Assembly: GCA_038087875.1 (NCBI GenBank)
Contig: CM075995.1
Coordinates: forward strand, 1,490,001-1,554,000
DNA from: Malacoraja senta
Taxonomy: Eukaryota
DNA: 64,000 nt
Direction of reading: 5' to 3'
Each line of letters starts with the position of its first letter. Positions within the stretch are counted from its first letter, which is position 1. Below, one piece after another: positions 1 to 11,708 of the stretch. The translations under genes and the position numbers were made by a program. The notes beneath the pieces were generated by a model that saw only the letters and a list, made by a program, of their open reading frames with translations, had not been told where the DNA came from and ran no database searches.

Positions 1-612
1 AGAAAACCCACGCAGGTCACGGGGAGATTGTAATCATGTCGGTTCAATTGTACGGTTCGATTGTAAACAAGTATTGTCTTTCCGCTGGCTGGATAGCAGG
101 CAACGAAAGCTTTTCACTGCGCTTCGGTGCACGTGACAATAAAAAATAAAATAAACTAAACTAAAGAATGTACAAATTCCACACAGACAAGCACCCGTGG
201 TCAGGATGGAACCCGCGTCTCTGGCGCTGTAATGCAGCAACTCTACTGCCGTGACACCGTGCCGCCGAGCTCTCACATTTGCTTTCAACTTTGCTCTGGT
301 AAACCGCCCTGGCAATGGCAAGTCTTACCAACTGGGAGAACAAGTTTGGTCTTGTTACTTTCAATTACTAAGAATTAAACTTGGCTAGAATTAAACCCTG
401 CCCCAGTACAAACAATTGCAGCTTGTGTGGGTCACATTCTACCCTGGCTTATTTGAACATTTCAACCCATAAGCTCCACAACAATGTTAAGACAAATAGC
501 ATCGTTAAGCAGCTTTTTATCAGTTTCAGCTGAGCATTCCGTTCATCCGTTTGCAAACAATAGCTCAGAACTGCTCTCTAGTTGTTGGAAGGATGGTTCA
601 GTTGCCTGATAG

Positions 613-628
613 TTTTGTTTATTATTAA

Positions 629-678
<50 letters not shown>

Positions 679-832
679 TATATTTAATTTTATTATTATT
701 ATTGTTATTATTATTATTATTATTTGTTTTATTATTTTTTTTAAATTATTATTTATTATTATTCTTTTTATTATTATTTTTATTTTTATTTTTATTTTAT
801 TATTTTTTTTATTATTATTATTATTATTATGA

Positions 833-867
<35 letters not shown>

Positions 868-880
868 TAAATTATTATTG
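613..880. repeat. Degenerate (TTA)n microsatellite (expanded LINE tail)
   Basis: Read directly; abuts a Rex1 3' end. Confidence 0.95.
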
Positions 881-954
881 TCATGTGTACCAAGGCACAG
901 TGAAAACCTTTTTATTGTTGTCCACAGTATACAGATACAGGATAGTTTGTGAGT

Positions 955-1365
955 TCATAAGTTATAGGAGCAGGATTAGGCCATTCGGCCCATCAAGTCT
1001 ACTCCGCCATTCCATCATGGCTGATCTATCTTTCCTTCTCAACCCCATTCTCCTGCCTTCTCCCCATAACCCCTGACACCCGTACCAATCAAGAATTTGT
1101 CAATCTTCGCCTTAAAAATATCCATTGACTTGGTCTCCACAACCGTCTGTGGTAATGAATTCCACAGATTCACCACCTTCTGACTAAAGAAATTCCTCCT
1201 CATCTCCTTTTTAAAGTACGTCCTTTTATTCTGAGGCTCTGGCCTTTAGTCCTAGACTCTCCCACTAGTGGAAACATCCAGGCCTATTCGATAAGTTTCA
1301 ATGTGGTCCCTCATCCTTCTAAACTCCCGCGAGTACAGGACAAGTGAAGTCAAACGCTCATCGTA
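955..1365 (-). mobile_element. CR1 3' fragment (similar copies at 5715-5900 +, 8993-9335 -, 9493-9962 -, 31365-31655 +, 33935-34170 -, 59665-59905 +, 62110-62565 +)
   Basis: Shared CR1 3' UTR GATCAGCCATGATTGAATGG...GGCCGAATGGCCTA. Confidence 0.8.
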
Positions 1366-2361
1366 TGTATAAAGGGTATGACGTTTAGTGCAAGGTAACG
1401 CCCAGTAAAATCCAATTAAAGTTAATTTAAAGGTCTCCAATTAGGTAGATGGGAGGTCAGGAATGCTCTCTAGTTGGTGGGAGGACGATTCAGTTGCCTG
1501 ATAATAGCTGTGAAGAGTACACGGCAATGTTAGCAAGTTTGCAGATGATACAAAAGTGGGTGGTATTGCAGAAAACGAAGATGGTTGTGAAAAATTGCAG
1601 CAGGATCTTGATCGGTTGACCAGGTGGGCTGAGGAATGGTTGATGGAATTGAATACAGAGGAATGTGAGGTGTTACAATTTGGGACGTCTAACATGGGCA
1701 GGACCTACACAGTGAACGGTAGGGCTCTGAGGAGTGTTTTAGAGCAGAGGGATCCAATGAGTTTTCGTTCAGTAAACTCACGAGTTTTCATCAGTTGAAG
1801 AGTGGGCAAATATGGTTAAAAGTTATCCTCAGAAACTCAATGTCGTAGTAATCCGGTGCAGGAATGATACAAACTCAAGGGTAAGTGACTGACTTGCAGG
1901 AAATTGACCCACTAAAGAAATTAGATCAAACACGAAAATGGGAACAGATTTTATAAAAAGATCAGGGAATTATAATATTCTGCATAGTGGAAGAGAGAAG
2001 GTATACATGTCCTACATACTCCGCCATCAATGTAGATGTAGCTAAAATTACTCTTCTCTAGAGATAGATCCAGAGCAGGAGAGATGGTAGATGGAGCCTT
2101 CAGAGTGATTTCAGCAGGGACTTCTTTCTAAAACGAGTGCGGAAAATTGAAGCTTACTTCCCAAGAAAGCTACAATGTGGGTCAATTCAAAATGTAAAAA
2201 AACTGAAATTAATAGGATTTTGTTAAGTAAAGGTATTAAGGATTGAAAGAATAACATGGGAGGATGAAGTTGAGATATCACGCGGATTTGATCGAATCAA
2301 ATGTGCTCTAGATGCAGCCTCACCAACGTCTTGTATAACATCCCGACTTTTACCCTCAGCA

Positions 2362-2460
2362 GGTAGACACAAAATGCTGGAGTAACTCAGCGGGTGAGGC
2401 AGCATCTCTGGAGAGAAGGAATGGGCGACATTTCGGCTCGAGACCCTTCTTCAGACTCAG
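2362..2460 (-). repeat. Penelope-like short repeat; further copies near 5078-5305, 5477-5515, 7980-8240, 11865-12360, 16342-16400, 18420-18548, 26450-26650, 28885-28970, 33430-33520, 34280-34480, 53790-53900, 54725-54925, 57868-57955
   Basis: Recurrent ACACAAAATGCTGGAGTAACTCAGCGGG...GACGTTTCGGGTCGAGACCCTTCTTCAG, often paired head-to-head. Confidence 0.7.
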
Positions 2461-2739
2461 TACCGTGACTGAGGAAGGACAATGTACTGAATGCTTTCTT
2501 GACCACCCTATCTACCTGTGACATGGCTTTCAGTGAGCTCTGTACCTGCACTCCTAGATCGCTCTGCACTACAACACTCTCCATCACCCTGCCCTTCACT
2601 GTGATGATGGCACTTCCACTTTCATTCCATACTTTTATTCTCCCCGCATTCTCATCTACTCCACATGCATCATTACCACTCCCCCACAGTGAGTGCTATG
2701 ATGCACGTGGAGCACCATACCACTCGGTATTATTCAGGG

Positions 2740-3380
2740 CCATCACGGTGGCGCAACGGTGGAGTTGCTGCCTTACAGCGAATGCAGCGCCAGAGACCCG
2801 GGTTCGATCCAGACTACGGGTGCTTTTCTGCACGGAGTTTGTGCGTTCTCCCCGTGACCTGCGTGGGTTTTCTCCGAGATCTTCGGTTTCCTCCCACACT
2901 CCAAAGACGTACAGGTTTGCAGGTTAATTGGCTTGATAAATGTAAAAAATGTCCCTAACGGGTGTGGGATAATAATAATAATAATGAATTTTATTTATGG
3001 GCGCCTTATACCAAGGTCTCAAGGACACCTTACAGAGATTTATAGGAAACATATAATCAGAATTTTAAAAAATAAATTATAAAGACCAATACACAAATCA
3101 GGGACAGAATTCCTTCCAAAGACACAAAAAAAAGAAAATCAGAAGCACAATTTGAGGAGAGAGCAGCGGCAACGAAACCGCGCCAGCGTCCACTCTCCCC
3201 TCCGACCTCCATCTTGAACACAGACTAACAAATACAATTACAAACAATTACATACAAAAATCATCCCCCCACAGTGATTATGTTAATGTGCGGGGATCGC
3301 TGGTCCCCGCGGAACCCGGTGGGCCGAAGGGCCGGTTTCCGCACTCTATCACTAAATTAAACTAAACTAAACTAAACTAA
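2740..3380 (+). mobile_element. HE1-like V-SINE interrupted by a minus-strand L2-tailed element (~2968-3278)
   Basis: tRNA head, V-domain (GGAGTTTGTGCGTTCTCCCCGTGACC...TTTCCTCCCACACTCCAAAGAC), CR1-like 3' end, (CTAAA)n tail. Confidence 0.85.
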
Positions 3381-3389
3381 ACACACAGA

Positions 3390-4080
3390 AGGGGTAATCT
3401 ATTCCAATCAGTGAGGGTGGGGGACAAATCATCCTCTACGATAATCCGCAAGACGGCTGCTCCGCAAGAATGCGTTCTCAGCCCCCTTCTTTACTCCTTG
3501 TTCACCCACAACTGTGCAGCCATGTATAAAGCTAATTCAATCTACAAATTCGCAGACGCCACCGCGCCATTGCGGGCCGGATATCAAATAGTGACGAGAC
3601 GGAGTACAGGATGGAGATCGAGAACCTCGTGTCCTGGTGTCGAGACAACAACCTTTCTCTCAACGTCAGCCTGACAAAGGAGATAATAATAATAATAATA
3701 ATGGATGGGATTTATATAGCGCCTTTCTAATACTCAAGGCGCTTTACATCGCATTATTCATTCACTCCTCAGTCACACTCGGTGGTGGTAAGCTACTTCT
3801 GTAGCCACAGCTGCCCTGGGGCAGACTGATGGAAGCGTGGCTGCTAATCTGCGCCTACAGCCCCTCCGACCACCACCAATCACTCACACACATTCACTCG
3901 CAGGCAAAGGTGGGTGAAGTGTCTTGCCCAAGGACACAACGACAGTATGCACTCCAAGCGGGATTCGAACTGGCTACCTTCCGGTTGCCAGCTGAACACT
4001 TAGCCCATTGCGCCATCTGTGATGGACTTCAGGAAGTGAAGCGGTGCACACACCCTAGTTTGCATTGACGTCGCCAAAGT
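3390..4080 (+). mobile_element. Rex1-type RT fragment split by the CORE-SINE
   Basis: APQECVLSPLLYSLFT...YKFAD, WCRDNNL; resumes VMDFRK after the SINE. Confidence 0.8.
3683..4018 (-). mobile_element. tRNA-derived CORE-SINE with L2-type tail (AFC-like) inserted in a Rex1 fragment
   Basis: A/B-box head (TGGCGCAATGG...GTTCGAATCC), CORE motif GTGTCCTTGGGCAAGACACTT, GTAAAGCGCCTTGAG...AGGCGCTATATAAAT tail and (ATT)n. Confidence 0.8.
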
Positions 4081-4081
4081 A

Positions 4082-4392
4082 GTTTCAGTTTAGAGATACA
4101 GCGCGGAAACAGGCCCTTCGGCCCACTAGGTCCGCGCCGACCAGCGATCCCCCGCATATTATCACTATTCTACTCACACTAGGGACAATTTTTTTACATT
4201 TACCAAGCCAATTAACCTACAAACCTGTGCGTCTTTGGAGTGTGGGAGGAAACCGAAGATCTCGGAGAAAACCCACGCAGGTCAGGGGAGAACGTAAAAC
4301 TCCGTACAGACAGCATCCGTAGTCTGGATGGAACCCGGGTCTCCGGCGCTGCATTCGCTGTAAGGCAGCAACTCTACCGCTGCGCCACCGTT
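4082..4392 (-). mobile_element. HE1-like V-SINE
   Basis: Full head, V-domain and tail on the minus strand. Confidence 0.88.
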
Positions 4393-4399
4393 CCTAGGA

Positions 4400-4912
4400 A
4401 TAAGAAGTCAGATCAAAGATTGTCCGAGGGTCTCTAATGAGGTAGACAGTAGCTCAGGACTGCTGTCTATTTGTTGGTAGAATGGTTCATTTGCCCGATA
4501 ACAGCTTGGTAGAAGCTATGCTGGAATCTGGAGGTGTGCATTTTCACACCTGTACCTGTTGTCTGATGGGAGAGGGGGGAAGAGGGAGTGGCCAGGGTGC
4601 GACTCGTCCTTGATTATGCTGCTGGCCTTGCCGAGGCAGCGTGAGGTGTAAATGGATCAATGGAAGGGAGGTTGGTTTGTGTGATGGTCTGGGCTGCGGT
4701 CCACAATTCCCTGCAATGTCTTGCGGTCCTGGATGGAGCTGTTCCCAAACCAAGCAGTGATGCATCCTGATAAAATGCTTTCTACGACGCATCCATGGAA
4801 GTCGGTGAGAGTTGTTGGGGAGAGGCCGAACTTCCTCGGCCTTCTAAGGGTAGTAGAGGTGTTGGTGTGCTTACTCGGCCATTGCTTCGATATGCGTGGT
4901 CCAGGACAAGTT
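4400..4912 (-). mobile_element. Rex1-type 3' fragment; same family at 34-163, 560-1510, 9358-10310, 10705-10865, 37710-37817, 54950-56095, 58705-59225, 62745-63062
   Basis: Minus-strand C-terminus ...HTSRFRDSFFPAVIRQLNH plus a shared 3' UTR ending GTGACAATAAA(CTAAA)n. Confidence 0.75.
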
Positions 4913-6365
4913 TGGGTGATAACTACTCCACTCCCTGCTGCTCTGCTCTGACACCCATGCAGAATGTAAGTAGGAACCGCACCTCAGATTGCTGGAGTAG
5001 GTCTTCACCCTTGGGCTAAGACCTGCTTCAATAATCGAGGCCCATACCATTTTTCAAGCCATGTTCTTGTTAAAGTAAGATAGACACAAAATGCTGGAGG
5101 AACTCAGCTGGACAGGCAGCATCTCGGGAGAGAAGGAATGGGTGACGTTTCAGGTCGAGACCCTTCCTCAGGCTGAAAGTCTGGGGGGAGGGGAGTCTAG
5201 AGATATGGAATACGAGCCTTGAGATGCTGCCTGTCCTGCTGAGTTACTCCTGCATATTGTGTCTATCATTGGTGTAAGCCAGCTTTGGCAGTTCCTTCCG
5301 ACACATTTCTTAGACAATAGACAATAGACAATAGGTGCAGGAGTAGGCCATTCGGCCCTTTGAGCCATCACTCCTGCAAACTCATTACATGTCAGAGCGA
5401 GAAATTATTATTCTATTGTCCACAAGGCTACGAGTGACTTTAGCACATAATTGAGAACAACTAAACTTTATATGTAAGATAGACACAAAATGCTGGAGTA
5501 ACTCAGCGGGACGGGCAAGAACAACAAGTGATATGGAAGGGTAAGGTGTGATCAATCCCATTATTTCTTCCATCAATTACACTTTCAGCATTTCAGATCA
5601 CGGCAACAGATTGTGTGAAAATATGGAATTCACTGTGGAAGGCATTCATTGCCACAGACGGCATAGAGTCATAGATTGATACAGTGTGGAAGCAGGCCCT
5701 TCGGCCCAATGGAGTCAATGGATAGTTTTAAGGCAGAGATTGACTGATTCTTGATTAGTACGGGTGTCAGGGGTTATGGGGAGAAGGAAGGAGAATGGGG
5801 TTTGAGAGGGAAAAATAGATCAGCCATGATTGAATGGCAGAGTAGATATGATGGGCTGAATGGCTTAATTCTACTCCTATCTGTTATGATCTTATGATCT
5901 TTATCTCCCCACTCCCATGTAGCCAGTTATACTTTGATTATTGTCTCTCTTGACTCTCCCGTCGGTGGCAATGGATTCCACAGATTCAACACCCTCTGAC
6001 TACAGAAATTCCTCCTCCTCTTTCGAAAAGGTACATCCTTTTGTTGTGAGACTATAGCCTCTGGTCCCGGACTCTCCCACTAGTGGAAACATCCTCTCCA
6101 CGTCCACTCTATCACTAATTCAATACATTCTTCAATGATTATTGGTGGATTGGATGATGTGGTCAATTAATGCATTGACGTTTTGGGGGAAAAGTGCATT
6201 ACTGCATTTTCATATCAAATCATTAAGAACAGCTATTATTATTTTCAACGTGCAATGCATTCTGCAGGGGCGCAACCCCTGATCCGAACTAATCCTCATG
6301 ATTATCAACCATTCACTGCCAACTGAAAATGAAGAGGATCCGTTCAACTGAAGAACTGAACTGAA

Positions 6366-6393
6366 CTGAAGAAGGGTCTCGACCCGAAACGTC
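6366..6393 (+). ncRNA. Minimal type I hammerhead-ribozyme-like motif in a Penelope-like repeat (representative copy)
   Basis: CUGAAGA-A-GGGU(CUCG)ACCC-GAAA-CG-UC: both core boxes, helix II and a palindromic ACGU helix III. Helix I is weak. Confidence 0.5.
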
Positions 6394-6571
6394 ACCCATT
6401 CCTTCCATCCAGAGATGCCGCCTGTCCCGCTGAGTTACTCCAGCTTTTTTTTTTTTTTTTTTAATTTTTATTAGAGGTATCTGCATATCACATTCCAAAC
6501 CAATACAAACTTTGTTTAACGATTACAGCTTTTTGTGTCTATGAACCAAATGATTATTTTCTAGCTTTGAG

Positions 6572-6881
6572 CGGCACGGTGGCACAGCGGTAGAGCTACT
6601 GCCTTACAGCGCCAGAGACCCGGGTTCGATCCTGACTACGGGTACTTGACTGTACGGAGTTTGTACGTTCTCCCCGTGACCTGCGTGGGTTTTCTCCGAG
6701 ATCTTTGGTATCCTCCCAAACTCCGAAGATGTACAGGTTTATAGGTTGATCGGCTTGGTATAAATGTCTAAACGTAAAATTGTCCCTAGTGTGTATAGGG
6801 TAGTGTTAATGCGCTGATCGGCACGGTCTCGGTGGGCCGAAGGGCCTGTTTCCGCACCGTGTCTGTAAAGTAAACTAAACT
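6572..6881 (+). mobile_element. HE1-like V-SINE
   Basis: Full head, V-domain and tail. Confidence 0.88.
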
Positions 6882-7003
6882 CGAACCCGGATCCAGTTCC
6901 CGCACATATTCTTTGTTGTTAATAATCAAAGCAACATGGTTATTGAGCACAGATAGGTGGAGGAACAACATGTAAGAGGACGGAGCGAAGAACAGCAAAC
7001 CAA

Positions 7004-7288
7004 TTTAGTTTAGTTTAGAGATACAGTGTGCGGAAACAGGCCTCTTCGGCCCACCGGGTCCGCGCCGACCAGCGATCCCCGCACATCAACACCTTCCTGC
7101 ACACACTAGGGACAGTTTTTTACATTTTACCAAACCAATTAACCTACAAACCCGTACGCCTTTGGAGTGTGGGAGGAAACCGAAGATCTCGGAGAAAACC
7201 CACGCGGGTCACGGGGAGAACGTACAGGCGGCGCCCGTAGTCAGAATCAAACCCGGAATCAAAATCTACCGCTGCACCACCGTGCTGC
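7004..7288 (-). mobile_element. HE1-like V-SINE
   Basis: V-domain and tail on the minus strand. Confidence 0.85.
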
Positions 7289-7666
7289 CCATGCACGCAT
7301 CGAAAGAATTAACTTTAAGTATGTGATAGCACATGACTCAACGTGAAACAACATGAAGTTTGAATTGGCTGTTTGATACCAGGAAATATCAGGCTGTGTA
7401 TATATTAAAGTACATAATAACTAACAGACCACACCAATTACTCAGATTGAATGAAGAACAGACCTTGTCAGATGCACTTAGGCACTTACAAAACCAGCCT
7501 TGTTGGCACCCAGGAGGAAGAACCTTGCAAAAGAAAGGATGGCAGCGAGCCTGAAAATAATATCGGCAGTTCAATGAGTATTTGTAACAGTGAATTGATT
7601 CACAACATCACAGACAAGGCCAGGCGAGTGGTGATGTGTTGGTATTAGAAGGACACAAAGTACTGG

Positions 7667-7975
7667 GCGGCACGGTGACGCAGCGGTAGAGTTGCTGTTC
7701 GCAGCGCCAGAAACCCGGCTTCGATCCTCACTACGGGTGCTTGTCTGCGCGGAGTTTGTACCTTTTCCCCGTGACCTGTGTGGGTTTTCTCCGGGTGCTC
7801 CGGTTTCCTCCCGCACTTCAAAGACGTACAGGTTTGTAGGTTAATTGGCTTGATAAAATCGTCAATTGTCCCGAGTGTGTGCAGGATAGTGTTAGTGTGA
7901 GGGGATCGCTGGTCGGAGTGGACTCGGTGGGCCGAAGGGCCTGTTCGGCGCTCTAAACTAAACTGAACTAAGCCA
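7667..7975 (+). mobile_element. HE1-like V-SINE
   Basis: Head, V-domain and tail. Confidence 0.85.
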
Positions 7976-8250
7976 AACTCGGCGGGTCAAGCTGCATCTC
8001 TGGATAGGTGACGTTTCAGGGTCGGGACGGCTCTTCAGGCTGATTGTGGTGGTGGGTGGGAGAGGGGAAAAATGGACAGAAAGAGAGGAGGGTTTAGTTC
8101 AAAGCGGGCAGGTATCAGGTTGATGCAGGTGAGGGGGGGGGGGTGAGCGATAAACAGATGGTTGGACAAAAGCCGGCGATGTCACTTATCCATGTTCACC
8201 AGAGATGCTGCCTGGCCCGCTGAGTTACTCCAGCGCTGTGTGAAACGTCA

Positions 8251-8444
8251 AGGGCCTGTCCCACTTGGGCGTCATTTGCGTGTCATTTACGCGACATCAT
8301 TCATGCGTCACGACGCGCATGGCGTGCATTACGTGCGCATCAGGCGTGGTGGCGTAGGCAGTGACACACGGGATTTTGGCATTCACAAAATCTTCACGCG
8401 CCACCTGCGCGACGTGAAAATTACGCCCAAGTGGGACAGGCCCT
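8251..8444. mobile_element. PIF/Harbinger-type MITE
   Basis: TIR AGGGCCTGTCCCACTTGGGCGT; 3-bp TSD TCA/TCA; splits a GAAACGTCA|CCTATCC Penelope-like repeat. Confidence 0.85.
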
Positions 8445-11074
8445 TCACCTATCCATGTTCACCAGAGAGGCTACCTGATTAAAGATAAAGCCTGTAAAAT
8501 CCGATCAGAGGTAGTCTGAGGGTTTCCAATGGGACAGAAGAAAGAGAGAGAGGGAGAGGGAGGGGGAGGGGAAGGGGGGGAGAGGGAGAAAGAGAGGGAG
8601 AAAGGGAGTGTGAGAGAGAGAGAGCGAGAGAGAGAGAGATTAGTGCAGTGGAAGGACAAATGAGGTAGATCGTAGTTCAGGACTGGGGTTTGGAATGTGT
8701 TATGTTGCTGTTGATCAGATGATGCCACCACGCTAGTGCTTCGTCAGCCTCATCGGTTTCACTAACTAACCGGAGTTTTGTTCCTCCACTTTACGGGCAA
8801 GTTAAAATGTGAAAGTCCATGACGGGTCCGCTTTGTTTTGCAGCTTATCCACCCAGGCACATACATCGCTATTTACACTGCAAGCACTTAGGAACAACCC
8901 AGCTCCAACAGGAGTTTTGTTTTCATTATTTCATTCAAGCGGAGCCGGGAGCAATGGGAACGTTGCTGGTCGTAATGACCCTGTCCTGTTTCATAGAAAC
9001 ATAGACAATAGGTGCAGGAGGAGGCCACTTGGCCCTTCGAGCCAGCACCGCCATTCAATGTGATCATGGCTGATCATCCACAATCAGTACCCCGTTCCTG
9101 CCTTCTCCCCATATCCCTTGATTCTGCTAGCCCCTAGAGCTCTATCTAACTCTCTTTTAAATTCATCCAGTGAATTGGCCTCCACTGCCCTCTGTGGCAG
9201 AGAATTCCACAAATTGACAACTCTCTGGTTGAAAATGTTTTTTTCTCATCTCAGTTTTAAATGGCCTCCCATTTATTCTGAGTCTGTGGCCCCTGGTTCT
9301 GGACTCCCCCATCATTGGGAACATTTTTCCTGCAACATTTTCCCTCCCCCTTTCTCAGTTTCAGTTTAGTTTATTGTCACGTGCACCGAGGTTCAGTGAA
9401 AAGCTTTTTGTTGCTTGCTATCCAGTCAGCAGAAAGACAATGCATGATTACAACCAAGCCGTCCACAGTGCACAGATATATGATAAGGGAATAAGGTCAT
9501 ATGTAATAGGAGCAGAATTAGGCCATTCGGCCCATCAAGTCTACCCCGCCAGTCAATCATGGCTAATCTATCTCTCCCTCCTAACCCCATTCTCCTGCCT
9601 TCTCCCCATAACCCCTGACACCCGTACTAATCAAGAATCTATCTTTCTGCCTTAAAAAATCCATTGATGGCCTCTGTGGAATTCTATGGCAAAGAATTCC
9701 ACAGATTCACCACTCTCTGACTAAAGCAATTCCTTCACATTTCCTTCCTAGACTCTCCCACTAGTGGAAACATCCTCTCCACATCCACTCTATCCAAGCC
9801 TTTCACTTTTAGCTTGTTTCAATGAGGTCCTCCCTCGTTCTTCTGAAATCCAGCGAGTACAGGCCCAGTGCCGTCAAACGCTCATCATGCATTAACTCAC
9901 TCATTCCTGGGATCATTCTCGTAAACCTCCTCTGGACCCTCTCCAGGGTCAGCACATCCTTCGGAACCACGGAATAACGTTTAGTGCAAGGCTAAACCAG
10001 CAAAGTCCGATCAAGGACAGTCCGAGGGTCACCAAAGAGGTAGATAGTAGTTCAGCACTGCTCTCTGGTTGGTTGTGGTAGGATGGTTCAGTTGCCTGGT
10101 AACAGCTGGGAAGAAACTGTCCCTGAATCTGGAGGTGTGCGTTTTCACACTTCTTGACCTCTGGACCAATGAGGCGAGGGGAGAAGAGGGAGTGGCCAGG
10201 GTGCGACCCGTCCTTGATTATGCTGCTGGCCTTGCCGAGGCAGCGCGAGGTGTAAATGGAGTCAATGGAAGGGAGATTGGATTGTGCGACGGTCTGGGCT
10301 GCGTCCAGTGGTGTCAGTGGCTCCTCTCAACTCTGTCTCTCTGTCACTGCACAGCGTCTAAAGTCTGACAGCAAGGTGACCTGTCATCAGGCCACGCACT
10401 ATCCTGGGTGTATAGTGGCTCGGACAAATAACCGACTGTCAGTCTCTCTGACGTCTGCGATCGAATTTGATCCATATGGGTTGCGTGTCAGAACCGTTTG
10501 AGAAAGTTACAAGCTGCAGTGTGATGGCCCGTGGTAAAATCCACGCATGTGACAGCAGCTACACAGAGGCACTTGTGTGGCAAAGAATGATGCTTTTCAT
10601 TAGATTCAAGTGCTGTTGCCCACTCAACATCATTCAATTCATTTCCTCGACTGGCCAACTCTGTTTGAAAGCGATGACACCAGCCATTGTGCTTCCTCGG
10701 CTTTCAGTTTAGATTTAATTTAGTTCAGTTTAGTTTATTGTCACGTGCGAACAGTGGACACAGTGAAAAGCTTCTGTCGTGCACTACCCAGTCAGCGGAA
10801 AGACAATGCACGATTACAATCGAGCCGTTTACAGTGTGTAGAGATACATGATAAGGGAATAATGTTTCATAGTAGAAGTAGGAAATGTTGCTACAGGATT
10901 AGAGATTTAAGAGCGTGGGGCGATTGTAACACGTGATTGGAGATCTGCTTCTGTGGCTAGCATGCAAATAGTCGCCTGGGTTGGGCACCATCTTGGAAGC
11001 AACAGGGCGTAGTATGCACAGTTTAAGTGGCTGTTATTTTTTGTGTTGGAAGGAACTGGTGGAAAGGGTGATAC

Positions 11075-11708
11075 CAGTGGCACAGCGATAGACTTGCTGC
11101 CTAAAGGGCCTGTCTCACTTACGCGGTTTTGTTTTCGGCGACTTGCCGGCACCCACCATAGTTACAGCAGGTCGCCGAATATTTTCAACGTGTTGAAAAT
11201 CCAGCGGCGACCAGAAAAAGGCACAACCCTTTGGGTGACTACTCACGGCCATACAAGCGTCATCCTGTCGCCTGTATGGTCGTGGTGACGCCTGTTTGGT
11301 CGCGAGTAGACGCCCGAAGAATCGTACCTTTTTCTGGTCGCCGCTGGATTTTCAACATGCCGAATATTTTCGGCGACCTGGTGGGGGACTATGACGGGTG
11401 CCGGCAAGTGGCCGAAAAATATCGCGTAAGCGGGACAGGCCCTTTACAGCGCCAGAGACCCGAGTTCGATCCTGACCACGGGTCCTGTCTGTACGAAGTT
11501 TGTACGTTCTCCCCGTGACCTGCGCGTGTTTTCTCTGGGATCTCCGGTTTCCTCCCTCACTCCAAAGGCGTACAAGTTTGTAAGTAAATTGGCTTTGGTA
11601 AAGATTGTAAATTAAGCTGTGTGTAGTGTGGTGCTTGTGTACAGGGGGATCGCGGGTCAGCACGGACTCGGTGGGCTGAAGGGCTGTTTCCGCGCAGTGG
11701 CTCTAAAC
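11075..11708 (+). mobile_element. HE1-like V-SINE containing the MITE at 11105-11443
   Basis: SINE sequence is contiguous across the MITE. Confidence 0.8.
11105..11443. mobile_element. PIF/Harbinger-type MITE inserted in a V-SINE head
   Basis: TIR AGGGCCTGTC(T/C)C(A/G)CTTACGCG; flanks TAA/TTA; the SINE resumes with CAGCGCCAGAGACCC. Confidence 0.85.

Noticed and set aside
582..1076. 164-aa Tyr/Leu-rich ORF
   Set aside because: Translation of a (TTA)n microsatellite joined to LINE fragments.
6572..6645. tRNA-like sequences with A and B boxes (many copies)
   Set aside because: These are SINE heads continuous with the V-domain and tail, not tRNA genes.
8240..8251. MITE inserted right at a putative hammerhead cleavage site (GAAACGTCA)
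   Set aside because: Single event explained by the TNA target preference.
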